A stretch of 59,052 bases of DNA. It comes from Candidatus Enterousia avicola (lineage in GTDB: Bacteria; Pseudomonadota; Alphaproteobacteria; Rs-D84). The notes beneath the pieces are model-generated. The model saw only the letters and a program-made list of their open reading frames with translations. It was not told the origin of the DNA and did not search any database. The position numbers and the translations under genes were made by a program. Location of the stretch: positions 1-59,052 of the forward strand of contig DVNO01000002.1 of the NCBI GenBank assembly GCA_018714345.1, written 5' to 3'. Position 1 is the first letter of the stretch. The number at the start of each line of letters is the position of its first letter. Shown here in pieces: positions 11,084 through 20,132 of the stretch.

Positions 11084-11569
11084 GTGCGCGTGCAAGGAGA
11101 CAAACGTAACTTTATAATATTCTTCAAACACAGACGTTTAAAACGTTTGTGGCAGTTTTTCTTTACTGGCTGGGGACTTGTTATGGTTGCGGCCTTGATT
11201 GCTGGTGCCCTATTTACTCAGCAATTACTGTGGACACCTATATCTGCGATAAACATGACAGATATTGTCAGCAATCAATTTAAAATGTCTAATGCTTCTT
11301 TTTCTGGAACAGATACAAACGGCGAACCTTTCTATATACACGCTGCAACTGGTAGACAAGAATACGATAAACCCGATATAATTTTACTAGATGATGTTTC
11401 TGGTAATACAGTACGGATAACAGATGGAAAAAAAATAAAAGATGACATCAAGGCAGATACGGGTTACTATGATCGTGTGAAAAAGACTATAACTTTGAAG
11501 AAAAACGTAAGCGTAGATTCCAGTAACGGTGACAAAATAAGAACAAACGAATTGGTGATAAAATTATGA
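11084..11569 (+). CDS. lptC: LptC-like LPS export protein (N-terminal TM anchor plus beta-jellyroll-like domain)
   Basis: The 161-aa product has a single N-terminal TM helix (GWGLVMVAALIAGALF). Its stop overlaps the lptB start (ATGA), the usual lptC/lptA position. The GTG start at 11084 is uncertain, and the call relies on context more than on sequence motifs. Confidence 0.5.
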   Translation: MRVQGDKRNFIIFFKHRRLKRLWQFFFTGWGLVMVAALIAGALFTQQLLWTPISAINMTDIVSNQFKMSNASFSGTDTNGEPFYIHAATGRQEYDKPDIILLDDVSGNTVRITDGKKIKDDIKADTGYYDRVKKTITLKKNVSVDSSNGDKIRTNELVIKL

Positions 11570-12294
11570 AACAGTCAGTATTACGCGTTCAACACTTATC
11601 AAAATCTTACGGTAAGCGCATGGTAATAAAAGATATTTCTATGGAGGCCCATCAGGGTGAATCGGTCGGGCTTCTTGGACCAAATGGCGCTGGGAAAACT
11701 ACTGCTTTTTATTGCATAACTGGCCAGTTAAATGCAACCGGTGGCCAGATATTTTTAAATTCTCAGGACATTACACACCTGCCTTTCTACCAACGTGCAC
11801 GTTTACATATTGGTTACTTACCACAAGAAAACAGTGTGTTTCGTGGCCTGACGGTTGAGCAAAATATATTGGCCATTTTGGAAGTTGTAGAACCCAGTAA
11901 GAAAAAAAGACTTCGTAAGTTAGATGCTTTACTAGACGAATTTTCGATATCCGCATTAAGACGCAGCCCAGCGACAGCTTTATCTGGTGGTGAGCGCAGG
12001 CGTGTCGAAATCGCACGTGCATTGGCGAATGATCCAAAATTCATTTTATTGGACGAACCATTTGCAGGAATAGACCCGATTGCAGTAAACGAAATTAGAG
12101 ATTTGGTATCTCAGTTAAAAAATCGTGGTTTGGGTGTGATAATTACAGACCATAACGTTCGTGAAACACTTGGCATTACAGATCGCAGCTATGTGTTGCA
12201 TGATGGGAAAATACTAAAACACGGCACGACACAAGAAATCGTGAAGGACGAAATGGTAAAAAAAGTTTACCTTGGAGAAGATTTTGTGATGTAA
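11566..12294 (+). CDS. lptB: LPS export ABC transporter ATP-binding protein LptB
   Basis: The 242-aa product has Walker A GPNGAGKTT, the signature LSGGERRRVEIARAL and Walker B ILLDEPFAGIDP, the LptB-type sequence. Confidence 0.92.
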   Translation: MKQSVLRVQHLSKSYGKRMVIKDISMEAHQGESVGLLGPNGAGKTTAFYCITGQLNATGGQIFLNSQDITHLPFYQRARLHIGYLPQENSVFRGLTVEQNILAILEVVEPSKKKRLRKLDALLDEFSISALRRSPATALSGGERRRVEIARALANDPKFILLDEPFAGIDPIAVNEIRDLVSQLKNRGLGVIITDHNVRETLGITDRSYVLHDGKILKHGTTQEIVKDEMVKKVYLGEDFVM

Positions 12295-12320
12295 AAAAAA
12301 CGCCAAAAGGCGTTTTTTTT
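12293..12320. terminator. Bidirectional terminator between lptB and carD
   Basis: The sequence is aaaaaaaacgcc-aaaa-ggcgtttttttt, a stem flanked by an A-run and a T-run. Confidence 0.65.
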
Positions 12321-12885
12321 AATTCTCTTCTTCATCTACATCATCATCGTCATCATCAGAATCGATTGCATTCAAATCAATTTCTTTCGGAACCCCTAGA
12401 ATATCTTCTATTTTATCGGAAGCTTCTTCTATGTCCATTTTGTGCAGAACAGCAAATTCCTGGGCCATACGTTCTAACGCACGCAAATACAACTGACGCG
12501 CAGAAAAAGTCATAGTATCTGTGGCATTACGACGTTGTAAATCCCTTACTACCTCAGCCAGTTTCATAGGGTCGCCAGAATTTATATTCTCTTCATATTG
12601 AGCTGCACGTCGCGCCCAAATCATACGTTTGGCCCCCGCTTTACCCTTAGCTGCAGAAATGGCTTCATCCATTTTTTTCATAGACGTAAGCGGACGCAAT
12701 CCTGAAATCTCAGCACGTTCAACTGGAACACGCAACGTCATATGATTGCGCTCGAAGTCAATTACTAACATTTTTATTTTTTGACCGCCAATATTCTGTT
12801 CTTCTACACGAACAAGTTTGCCGACCCCCTGGGTAGGATAAACAACATACTGACCTGTCTTAAAATCTAATTTTTTACTTGGCAT
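12319..12885 (-). CDS. carD: CarD/CdnL-family RNA-polymerase-binding transcription regulator with an acidic C-terminal tail
   Basis: The 188-aa N-terminus FKTGQYVVYPTQGVGKLVRVEEQNIGGQKIKMLVIDF matches the CarD_CdnL_TRCF domain. The tail reads DSDDDDDDVDEEEN. Confidence 0.9.
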   Translation of the reverse strand: MPSKKLDFKTGQYVVYPTQGVGKLVRVEEQNIGGQKIKMLVIDFERNHMTLRVPVERAEISGLRPLTSMKKMDEAISAAKGKAGAKRMIWARRAAQYEENINSGDPMKLAEVVRDLQRRNATDTMTFSARQLYLRALERMAQEFAVLHKMDIEEASDKIEDILGVPKEIDLNAIDSDDDDDDVDEEEN

Positions 12886-12967
12886 AATCTGGATACCTTT
12901 TAACAGTTGCCATTCTCTCTATCTCATATATTATAGCACAAAAAACCAGAAAAACAAACCTTCAAGA

Positions 12968-12999
12968 CAAAAAAATAAGAAGCCTCTTATTCAAGAGGC
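12968..12999 (-). terminator. Rho-independent terminator after the 186-aa Cys-rich protein gene
   Basis: The stem gcctctt(12982-12988)/aagaggc(12993-12999) is followed on the minus strand by a T-run (plus-strand A-run ~12969-12977). Confidence 0.5.
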
Positions 13000-13026
13000 C
13001 CTACTTTTCATCTATAAATCTTATTA

Positions 13027-13587
13027 TTACCTTATTATACCACCACGTAACGAACCAGAAGTTCTTCTAATACTAGATTCTCTGCTTCCAGTTGTGCTTC
13101 CGACAGCTTCCGCACAAACCCACTCGTTATCTTGTAATATAGCCGTTTGACCATCTGGACAGTCTGGTTTCTCTAAATTCCAAGCAAAACAACTGCCCCT
13201 TTGATAAGAAGTATATGTAGCATTATCGGCACCACCATATGTATATGCCCCATATTCTGGATTCCAAAAACCCTCAGGCTGTCCACTACACCACTTACGA
13301 TCCCCGAAGCATTCTATGCAATTACCATTCGCATCGCACAGTTCAACCGGATAAGAAGTTGCCTTATACCCATTATTGGCGCGGTCACCACTACCCATAG
13401 TTTTGCCCGTTTCCAAATCACGGCACCACAATTTTTGACATTCCGCAGCCTCTATATCATCTATATCACTACGAGAAACCAGAACATAACCAGGCCCACA
13501 ACTAAAATCCGCAGCCCTTAAATCCGATACAAAAACAGACATCATACAACATGCACTTATGATGAAAGAAAAAAAGATACGTCTCAT
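13027..13587 (-). CDS. Secreted cysteine-rich protein, hypothetical
   Basis: The 186-aa product has a signal peptide (MRRIFFSFIISACCMMSVFVSDLRA) and about 14 Cys in the mature part. It shares an SCGPG(Y/M)V motif with the 1083-aa protein at 39350..42601. The tail is Ser/Arg/Gly-rich. Confidence 0.6.
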   Translation of the reverse strand: MRRIFFSFIISACCMMSVFVSDLRAADFSCGPGYVLVSRSDIDDIEAAECQKLWCRDLETGKTMGSGDRANNGYKATSYPVELCDANGNCIECFGDRKWCSGQPEGFWNPEYGAYTYGGADNATYTSYQRGSCFAWNLEKPDCPDGQTAILQDNEWVCAEAVGSTTGSRESSIRRTSGSLRGGIIR

Positions 13588-13649
13588 TCCCTTGTCCCTT
13601 TATGTCTGTATTCTACACTGTCGGCATAATTTTTGCAAACATCTTTTAG

Positions 13650-14078
13650 TTATTGACCCAGTCCAGCAGGTGAAAACCTACCAATATTATTGAACAATTC
13701 TTGCAGTGCATTCAGCTCTATCCCGGCTGGAATCGATGTTTCATCTTCTGATATCAATACATCTGGCAAATCTTTATCGGTCAAAATTTTGGTTTTTACG
13801 ATATTCTTTCCATCAACCCAAGCCAAAAGCACCGTTTTATTATCGTACTTCAAAGGCAGCGGTCCGCGATAGTTTTCATCTACACCGTAATAAACCCAAA
13901 CTTCGTCCCCATATAATGTTTTCACCTGAGGGGAACCGATTTCTTTTGTAAGTTGAGTTGTCGTTTTTATATTGGCGACCACATCTTCAACATTTGGTGG
14001 GAAAACATACCCCCTATGCTTTGTCTGAAACGTGCAAGCAGTCAAAACAACTAACAAAAAGAGAAGCAACTTTTTCAT
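13650..14078 (-). CDS. bamE: Outer-membrane protein assembly factor BamE (SmpA/OmlA lipoprotein)
   Basis: The 142-aa product has a lipobox (VVLTAC). It carries an SmpA/OmlA-like core (GSPQVKTLYGDEVWVYY) and an alphaproteobacterial-style C-terminal extension. Confidence 0.7.
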   Translation of the reverse strand: MKKLLLFLLVVLTACTFQTKHRGYVFPPNVEDVVANIKTTTQLTKEIGSPQVKTLYGDEVWVYYGVDENYRGPLPLKYDNKTVLLAWVDGKNIVKTKILTDKDLPDVLISEDETSIPAGIELNALQELFNNIGRFSPAGLGQ

Positions 14079-14114
14079 ACTGCAAATTTACACCAAAGTT
14101 AATCATGATTGCAA

Positions 14115-14143
14115 CAGAAAAAACCGCCCTGATTATCGGGCGG
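14115..14143 (-). terminator. Rho-independent terminator after nifJ
   Basis: The stem ccgccc(14124-14129)/gggcgg(14138-14143) is followed on the minus strand by TTTTTT. Confidence 0.65.
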
Positions 14144-14152
14144 TTTCCTTAC

Positions 14153-17100
14153 TTATCCCTCTCCGTTTTCTTTGACCTCTGGCGCATTCATCATAGCAAA
14201 ATGAGCAATATACTTTTTCAACTCGCTACGATAATGATTGTTTTCTTTGGCCTCTTCAACCAACCGATCAAAGTGCGGATTGGCCGCACGCGCCGCACCA
14301 AAACGACTTTCTGTTTTTAAGAAGTCCTCTAATGGTGTTGGATTGTCAACATTAGAATCCATGGTCAATGGGCTTTTCCCTTCCAGCACCAAAGACGGAT
14401 CAAATCTATATAGTGGCCATGCGCCAGTACTTACCAATTGCATCTGGTGCTCTACCCCATTTTGTAAAGCGAACCCATGCGCGATACATGGTGCGTATGC
14501 CAATATTATTGACGGGCCAGGGAAAGCTTCTGCTTCACGGAACGCGCGAATCGCTTGTGCTTGATTTGCACCTAATGCAATCTGTGCCACATACGCCCCC
14601 GACATCATGGCAATCATACCTAAGTCTTTCTTTGCATGTTCTTTACCACCAATGGCAAATTTCATGCTTGCCCCAAACGGTGTAGCCTTAGATTGCTGGC
14701 CACCCGTATTAGAGTACCCTTCGGTATCAAGAACCAAAATATTGACATTTTCGCCACTATGTAACACATGGTCCAAACCACCATACCCAATATCATAAGC
14801 CCAACCATCACCACCGATAATCCAAACTGATTTATCAACGACTTCGCCCACCAAGCTACGTGCCAAAGCAGCACGTGGCGAATCGATTTTTTCTAGTTGT
14901 GCACGTAAATTTTCTTCTAACTTACGTTGTTTTTCTGGGTTACGTTCCGCAAATATTTCTTCAACATTTGGTATATTCAACTCAAACAACAAACCCTTCA
15001 AAGTATCCCGTTTCTGGTTTAATGCGATTCGCATACCCAAACCATATTCGGCATTATCTTCAAATAACGAGTTAGACCATGCAGGGCCGCGTCCATTTGC
15101 ATCCTTTGTCCAAGGAGTCGTTGGTAAATTCGCCCCGTAAATAGATGAACACCCTGTTGCGTTTGCTACAACCATCCGATCACCAAACAAATGGGCCATC
15201 ATCTTAATGTACGGCGTTTCACCACAACCCGCACAGGCACCCGAGAACTCGAAATAATGCGGTAAAAGCTCCACATGCTTTGGGATATTTAAATTCAGTT
15301 TTTCACGTGGAATATCTGGAATATTCTGGGCCGCATTAAAGGCCTTTTGTTGGGCATCCGCATCCTTTAGCGCCATCATGGACAACGCATGAACTGGGCA
15401 ATTTTTAACGCAAACGTTGCACCCTGTACAATCTGCTGGTGAAATATTTAGCGTATAATACATATTCGCACCCAATTCTGGTGTTTTCATAGGAACAACT
15501 ATTACACCATCTGCGCGCGCCTGTTCTGCTTGCTCTTCTGTCATAACTTTTATACGAATTGCAGCATGAGGACACAGTGTTGAACATTTTCCACATTGAA
15601 TGCACTTAGATAAGTCAACAGTTGCGACCTTTTCAGAAATAGCCCGTTTTTCATACTTAGCGGTTCCAACAGGATACTGCCCTGCGCCGAATTCGCCATC
15701 AACACGGAACCTGGATACTGGCAAAGCATCTCCACGCTGCGCGGCCATTTCTCCCAACGTACCTGCAATTTCTGTCGGTGCATCCAACGTCATAGCGGGA
15801 ACAAAATCAGGCGCAAAATTAGAAACGGAAGAAGGCAATTTGTACTCGTGCAAATATTCTGCTGCTTTATCAACAGCAGCCCAGTTGGCCTGTACTACAT
15901 CCATACCTTTCTTTTTATATGTTTTTTCAATTGCAACTTTTGCACTTTTAGCCGCAACAGCTGGGTCAATCACATTTGTTAAATTAAAGAAATTTAACAT
16001 GATAAACGTATTAATTCTGTTGCCCAAACCAAGTTCAGCAGCAGCAGCATTTGCATTCAAGAAAAATACTTTTGCCCTCATACGAATCAAATGTTCTTGG
16101 CTTTCGCGTGGCAAATTTGCAAAAGCTACATCTGGACTCATGGACGTGTTTATCATAACAGTTCCACCTGCCCTTAAGCCCTTAAACACATCAAAGCGTT
16201 GTGCTATCATAAAGTTCGAGACACTTATAAAGTCAGCAACTTCTATCAAATACTGACTTTTAATAGGTTTATCAGAGAAACGAATATGAGATGCCGTTAA
16301 ACCACCAGATTTTTTAGAATCATAAACGGCATAAGATTGTGGGTAAAGATCAGAATTTTCACCAACAATTTTAACTATATTTTTTACCGCCCCGACCGTA
16401 CCGTCAGAACCAATACCGTATAATATTGCCGTTTTAAAATTAGAATCCTGTACAGCAAAAGCGGGGTCTGTTTTTAATGACAAACCGCTTAAATCATCAT
16501 CGATTCCAACCGTGAAATTGTGGTGCAATTCACCACGAATAAGATTTTCATATACGGCCTTAACATCACGTGGTTTAAACTCTTTTGACCCCAGTCCATA
16601 ACGTCCACCAAATACTTCTGCAGAATCACCAACTACGGTCTTTACGTCTTGATACAAAGGTTCCCCCAAAGCCCCTGGTTCCTTGCATCTATCTAAAACA
16701 GCAATACGCTTTACCGTCTTTGGCAATGCTTTCAAGAAAGCTTCTTTTGGGAAAGGACGGAACAAGTGAATTTTAACAAGCCCCAACCCCTTTGGCAAAT
16801 GCGCCAAAGTCTCTTCAATTGTTTCGCAAGCGCTTCCCATCGCAACGATTACATTTTCAGCAGCAGGATCACCGACATAATCTACCAAATGATATTGACG
16901 ACCAGTTAATTTAGCAAATTTATCCATGCATTCCTGAACAACTTCTGGAGTTTTTGCATACAAAGGATTTGCGGCCTCGCGCCCTTGGAAAAATACGTCT
17001 GGATTTTGCGCAGTTCCCCGAATAGTTGGTTTATCTGGCGTCATACCACGCGCACGATTTTGTAAAACCAAATCATCCGGAATCATTTCATGCAATACGT

Positions 17101-17659
17101 CATCATCTATTCTATCCAACCTAGATTCTTCATGACTTGTACGGAAACCATCAAAGAAATGTAAGAAAGGAACCCGTGTACGTAATGTTGCAGCATGAGC
17201 AATTGCCGCCATATCATGGGCCTGTTGAACACTGTGACTGGACAATAAAGCAAACCCAGTTGATCTAACAGACATAACATCACTATGGTCGCCAAAAATA
17301 GACAAAGCATGCGTCGCCAAAGCTCGCGCTGCAACGTGCATAACAAAAGGCGTCTGTTCCCCAGCAATTTTATACATATTTGGTATCATCAACAGCAATC
17401 CCTGAGATGCAGTGAACGTAGTCGCTAACGACCCCATTTGCAACGCACCATGCATGGCGCCAGCAGCCCCACCTTCTGATTCCATTTCTATTATTTGTGG
17501 TATTGCCCCCCAAATATTCTTTTTATGCTGAAACGACCACTCGTCCGCCAATTCCCCCATTGTACTACTTGGGGTAATAGGATAAATCGCCGCAAAATCA
17601 ACACACCTATAAGCGACATCTGCCGCCGCCCAGTTACCATCAACTATTAAATTCGCCAT
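14153..17659 (-). CDS. nifJ: Pyruvate:ferredoxin (flavodoxin) oxidoreductase, single-polypeptide PFOR
   Basis: The product is about 1170 aa. The N-terminus MANLIVDGNWAAADVAYRCVDFAAIYPITPSS matches PFOR. Two 4Fe-4S motifs are present (CIQCGKCSTLCP and CTGCNVCVKNCP), along with a TPP-binding region (GGDGWAYDIGYGGLDH). The track ORF starts at 17713, but the ATG at 17659 has an AAGGAAAG SD sequence and matches PFOR N-termini. Confidence 0.95.
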   Translation of the reverse strand: MANLIVDGNWAAADVAYRCVDFAAIYPITPSSTMGELADEWSFQHKKNIWGAIPQIIEMESEGGAAGAMHGALQMGSLATTFTASQGLLLMIPNMYKIAGEQTPFVMHVAARALATHALSIFGDHSDVMSVRSTGFALLSSHSVQQAHDMAAIAHAATLRTRVPFLHFFDGFRTSHEESRLDRIDDDVLHEMIPDDLVLQNRARGMTPDKPTIRGTAQNPDVFFQGREAANPLYAKTPEVVQECMDKFAKLTGRQYHLVDYVGDPAAENVIVAMGSACETIEETLAHLPKGLGLVKIHLFRPFPKEAFLKALPKTVKRIAVLDRCKEPGALGEPLYQDVKTVVGDSAEVFGGRYGLGSKEFKPRDVKAVYENLIRGELHHNFTVGIDDDLSGLSLKTDPAFAVQDSNFKTAILYGIGSDGTVGAVKNIVKIVGENSDLYPQSYAVYDSKKSGGLTASHIRFSDKPIKSQYLIEVADFISVSNFMIAQRFDVFKGLRAGGTVMINTSMSPDVAFANLPRESQEHLIRMRAKVFFLNANAAAAELGLGNRINTFIMLNFFNLTNVIDPAVAAKSAKVAIEKTYKKKGMDVVQANWAAVDKAAEYLHEYKLPSSVSNFAPDFVPAMTLDAPTEIAGTLGEMAAQRGDALPVSRFRVDGEFGAGQYPVGTAKYEKRAISEKVATVDLSKCIQCGKCSTLCPHAAIRIKVMTEEQAEQARADGVIVVPMKTPELGANMYYTLNISPADCTGCNVCVKNCPVHALSMMALKDADAQQKAFNAAQNIPDIPREKLNLNIPKHVELLPHYFEFSGACAGCGETPYIKMMAHLFGDRMVVANATGCSSIYGANLPTTPWTKDANGRGPAWSNSLFEDNAEYGLGMRIALNQKRDTLKGLLFELNIPNVEEIFAERNPEKQRKLEENLRAQLEKIDSPRAALARSLVGEVVDKSVWIIGGDGWAYDIGYGGLDHVLHSGENVNILVLDTEGYSNTGGQQSKATPFGASMKFAIGGKEHAKKDLGMIAMMSGAYVAQIALGANQAQAIRAFREAEAFPGPSIILAYAPCIAHGFALQNGVEHQMQLVSTGAWPLYRFDPSLVLEGKSPLTMDSNVDNPTPLEDFLKTESRFGAARAANPHFDRLVEEAKENNHYRSELKKYIAHFAMMNAPEVKENGEG

Positions 17660-17765
17660 TTTGTCTTTCCTTAAAAATTTATACGGGGTATATGATAGTC
17701 CCATTTTAGCCATAAGGCAAGATTATAAAACATTGACAAATAATAATGGGGTATTCGCCCCACCA

Positions 17766-19235
17766 TTATTTTTTATCAGATTTTTTATCTGTTTTTTTCT
17801 CAGTTTTTGAACTTTCTTTATCGTTTTTTTCATCCCCAGCTGACGCATTTTCTTCTTCCTGTGCTTCGGCATCAAGGACCGCTGCATCTTCTGGTGTCAA
17901 CGGCACTAAATCTGCCCGCGCTTTTAATTTTGACATAGCACGAACCATGTCCATTGCACGCTGCAGCTGATAATCCAAAGCATCCTTTTCTTCATCAGTC
18001 AACTCTTCTTCGTCATCTGATTTCTTTTTATCGTCTTTCTCAGCTTCTTCATTTTTCAGAGAATTTTTAAAAGACGCTTCCGAATACAAGCTTTCTTTAC
18101 GTTCCAAAACCTCTATTTTACTTTGTAACACTTCTATATCTGGGGTAATACCCTCATTCTGGATAGAATGACCAGATGGAGTATAATAACGGGCGATAGT
18201 AATATGAATAGCAGTACCATCACCAAGTGGTTTTTGTTGTTGGACACTGCCTTTACCAAAAGACTGCGACCCCATTACTAACGCACGCCCATTGTCTTGC
18301 AGCGCACCCGCAACAATCTCGGACGCAGAAGCAGAGCCATGATTAATCAAAACAACAACAGGTTTGCCGTTTGCCAAATCACCAGGTTTTGCAAAATTAC
18401 GCTCTATATCAGTTTTGCGCTTACCACGAGTAGAAACTATTTCCCCCGCATCCAAAAACGCATCTGCAACATCTATCGCCGCCGTTAAATATCCACCAGG
18501 ATTATTACGGACATCTAAGACATAACCTATAACACCTTTCTTCTCTAACTTTTCTAAGGCCTTGCTTAATTCTTTTGACGTTGTTGCCCCAAAGTCAGAT
18601 ATACGAATATAACCAATCTTCTCGTCCGTGTCTTCATCAGCGCCCGCTATTGACTTTTCTTCATATTTTACAGATTCTACTTTTATAATAGCCCGCTTTA
18701 AAGTCAACGTACGCGGTTCTTCCCCTTCGGAAATTATTGTAAGCTTAACTTTGGTCCCCGGGCGCCCTTTCATCTTCTTAACAGCCTGATTTAACGTCAT
18801 ATCAAATACTTGTTCGTCATCAATATGAGTTATATAATCACCAGCTTTTATTCCCGCCTTATCTGCTGGCGTACCATCAATAGGCGAAATAACACGAACG
18901 GCCCCACGGTCACTTGTAATCTGAATTCCCAATCCACCAAATTCACCCAAAGACTTATCATTAAACTCCTTAAAATCGTCCGCAGATAAATATGAAGAGT
19001 GTGGGTCCAAAGCCTGCAACATGCCGTTCATTGCGGCCTCTAACATCTTTTTTTCATCCGCCTCTTCAACAAAACTGTCACGCGCGGTTTCGAATACCAA
19101 AGCTAATTTTTTAAGTTGTTCATAAATTTGCTCGTCAGTAAGGTGTTCAACAGGCTCATCCTTTTTCGCTTTATCCGCCCCAAAAGCCATAACAGGCGTA
19201 ATCAAAGCCATTAAAATTACTAATTTTTTAAGCAT
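17766..19235 (-). CDS. ctpA: Carboxy-terminal processing protease (S41 peptidase) with a Lys/Glu-rich C-terminal tail
   Basis: The protein has a PDZ domain plus an S41 core (GSASASEIVAGALQD, FGKGSVQ). The likely start is MLKKLVILMALI at 19235, with an AAGGA SD sequence 6 nt upstream; the track start is 19250. Confidence 0.9.
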   Translation of the reverse strand: MLKKLVILMALITPVMAFGADKAKKDEPVEHLTDEQIYEQLKKLALVFETARDSFVEEADEKKMLEAAMNGMLQALDPHSSYLSADDFKEFNDKSLGEFGGLGIQITSDRGAVRVISPIDGTPADKAGIKAGDYITHIDDEQVFDMTLNQAVKKMKGRPGTKVKLTIISEGEEPRTLTLKRAIIKVESVKYEEKSIAGADEDTDEKIGYIRISDFGATTSKELSKALEKLEKKGVIGYVLDVRNNPGGYLTAAIDVADAFLDAGEIVSTRGKRKTDIERNFAKPGDLANGKPVVVLINHGSASASEIVAGALQDNGRALVMGSQSFGKGSVQQQKPLGDGTAIHITIARYYTPSGHSIQNEGITPDIEVLQSKIEVLERKESLYSEASFKNSLKNEEAEKDDKKKSDDEEELTDEEKDALDYQLQRAMDMVRAMSKLKARADLVPLTPEDAAVLDAEAQEEENASAGDEKNDKESSKTEKKTDKKSDKK

Positions 19236-19340
19236 TCCTGGTCCTTTCATAAAAAGCTATTACGCTAAATAACACAAGTAACCATAGAACAAAATCTTTT
19301 CTCCCGCAAGTACGTTTTTTACTAAAAACAATCAAAATAG

Positions 19341-19368
19341 TTGACAAATTTATTTTAAGCACTATATT
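19341..19368 (+). promoter_or_regulatory. Sigma-70-type promoter for the Fic-like/kinase operon
   Basis: TTGACA (19341-19346) is followed by a 16-nt spacer and TATATT (19363-19368), about 30 nt upstream of the ATG. Confidence 0.45.
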
Positions 19369-19397
19369 TACATGAGAAAGAAAGTAGGTAAAAAAAG

Positions 19398-20123
19398 ATG
19401 ACAAAGACGCCAAAATATAAGAATCAGATTGAAGAAAACCGCCTGATAATATCACGTATGTTATCGGGTGCAAATACTGTAAAGCGCCTGAATAACTTTA
19501 ATTGGTTGCGACACGAAATATCTTACACAGAGCCAAGAACACTGTTTTATTTGTCTGCCAAAGAACAGCAACCGTACTTAGACTATAATTGTATGAAAAA
19601 CATTGGCGATGCATATGACTACATCATCGACAATCCAGAAAAAAAGATTGATACAGCTGAAATATGCAAAATTCACAGTATATTGTGCACAGACACATAC
19701 ATCAATGGCGGGCTGTTTCGTGACACACCAAAAATTATCGAGATAAATGTAAATGGGCACCGCGTTCACGCACCAGATGCCTCAGAAATAATGTATGGCA
19801 TGAACGAGATTGTGTACAAATTAAATGACGACAAAAAACCTGCTTTACACAGAGCGTTCGATGCACATTATGATTTGATAATGTTGCAACCTTTTGACGA
19901 TTTTAACAAGCGTACCGCAAGATTGATTATGAATTGGGCACTGGTTCAAAACGGGTATCGTCCGATTGTATTTAACCAGCCATCAGATAAACAAAAATAC
20001 AAAGAAGCTATCGTTGCTTGTGCTAGTGGACATCAAAAAAGCTATTATGCCTATATGCAGTCATGCCTATTAAGGACGCAAAAGAAGATAATATCTTTGC
20101 TATCTAATTCAAAGCTATTATAA
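19398..20123 (+). CDS. Fic/DOC-fold protein with a degenerate active-site motif
   Basis: The 241-aa product shows the Fic-domain pattern (ICKIHSIL...GGLFR...AFDAHYDLIMLQPFDDFNKRTARLIMNWALVQNGYRP). The canonical HPFx(D/E)GNGRxxR motif reads QPFDDFNKRTAR at 19887-19922. Confidence 0.7.
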   Translation: MTKTPKYKNQIEENRLIISRMLSGANTVKRLNNFNWLRHEISYTEPRTLFYLSAKEQQPYLDYNCMKNIGDAYDYIIDNPEKKIDTAEICKIHSILCTDTYINGGLFRDTPKIIEINVNGHRVHAPDASEIMYGMNEIVYKLNDDKKPALHRAFDAHYDLIMLQPFDDFNKRTARLIMNWALVQNGYRPIVFNQPSDKQKYKEAIVACASGHQKSYYAYMQSCLLRTQKKIISLLSNSKLL

Positions 20124-20132
20124 GGGACGAAT

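Noticed and set aside
17660-17713. N-terminal extensions given by the track for nifJ (17713), DUF805 (47150), rpmB (47763), ctpA (19250), pth (43143) and the msbA-like gene (53900).
   Set aside because: Internal starts have better SD sequences and match conserved family N-termini. The DUF805 extension would read through a terminator and repeat copy.
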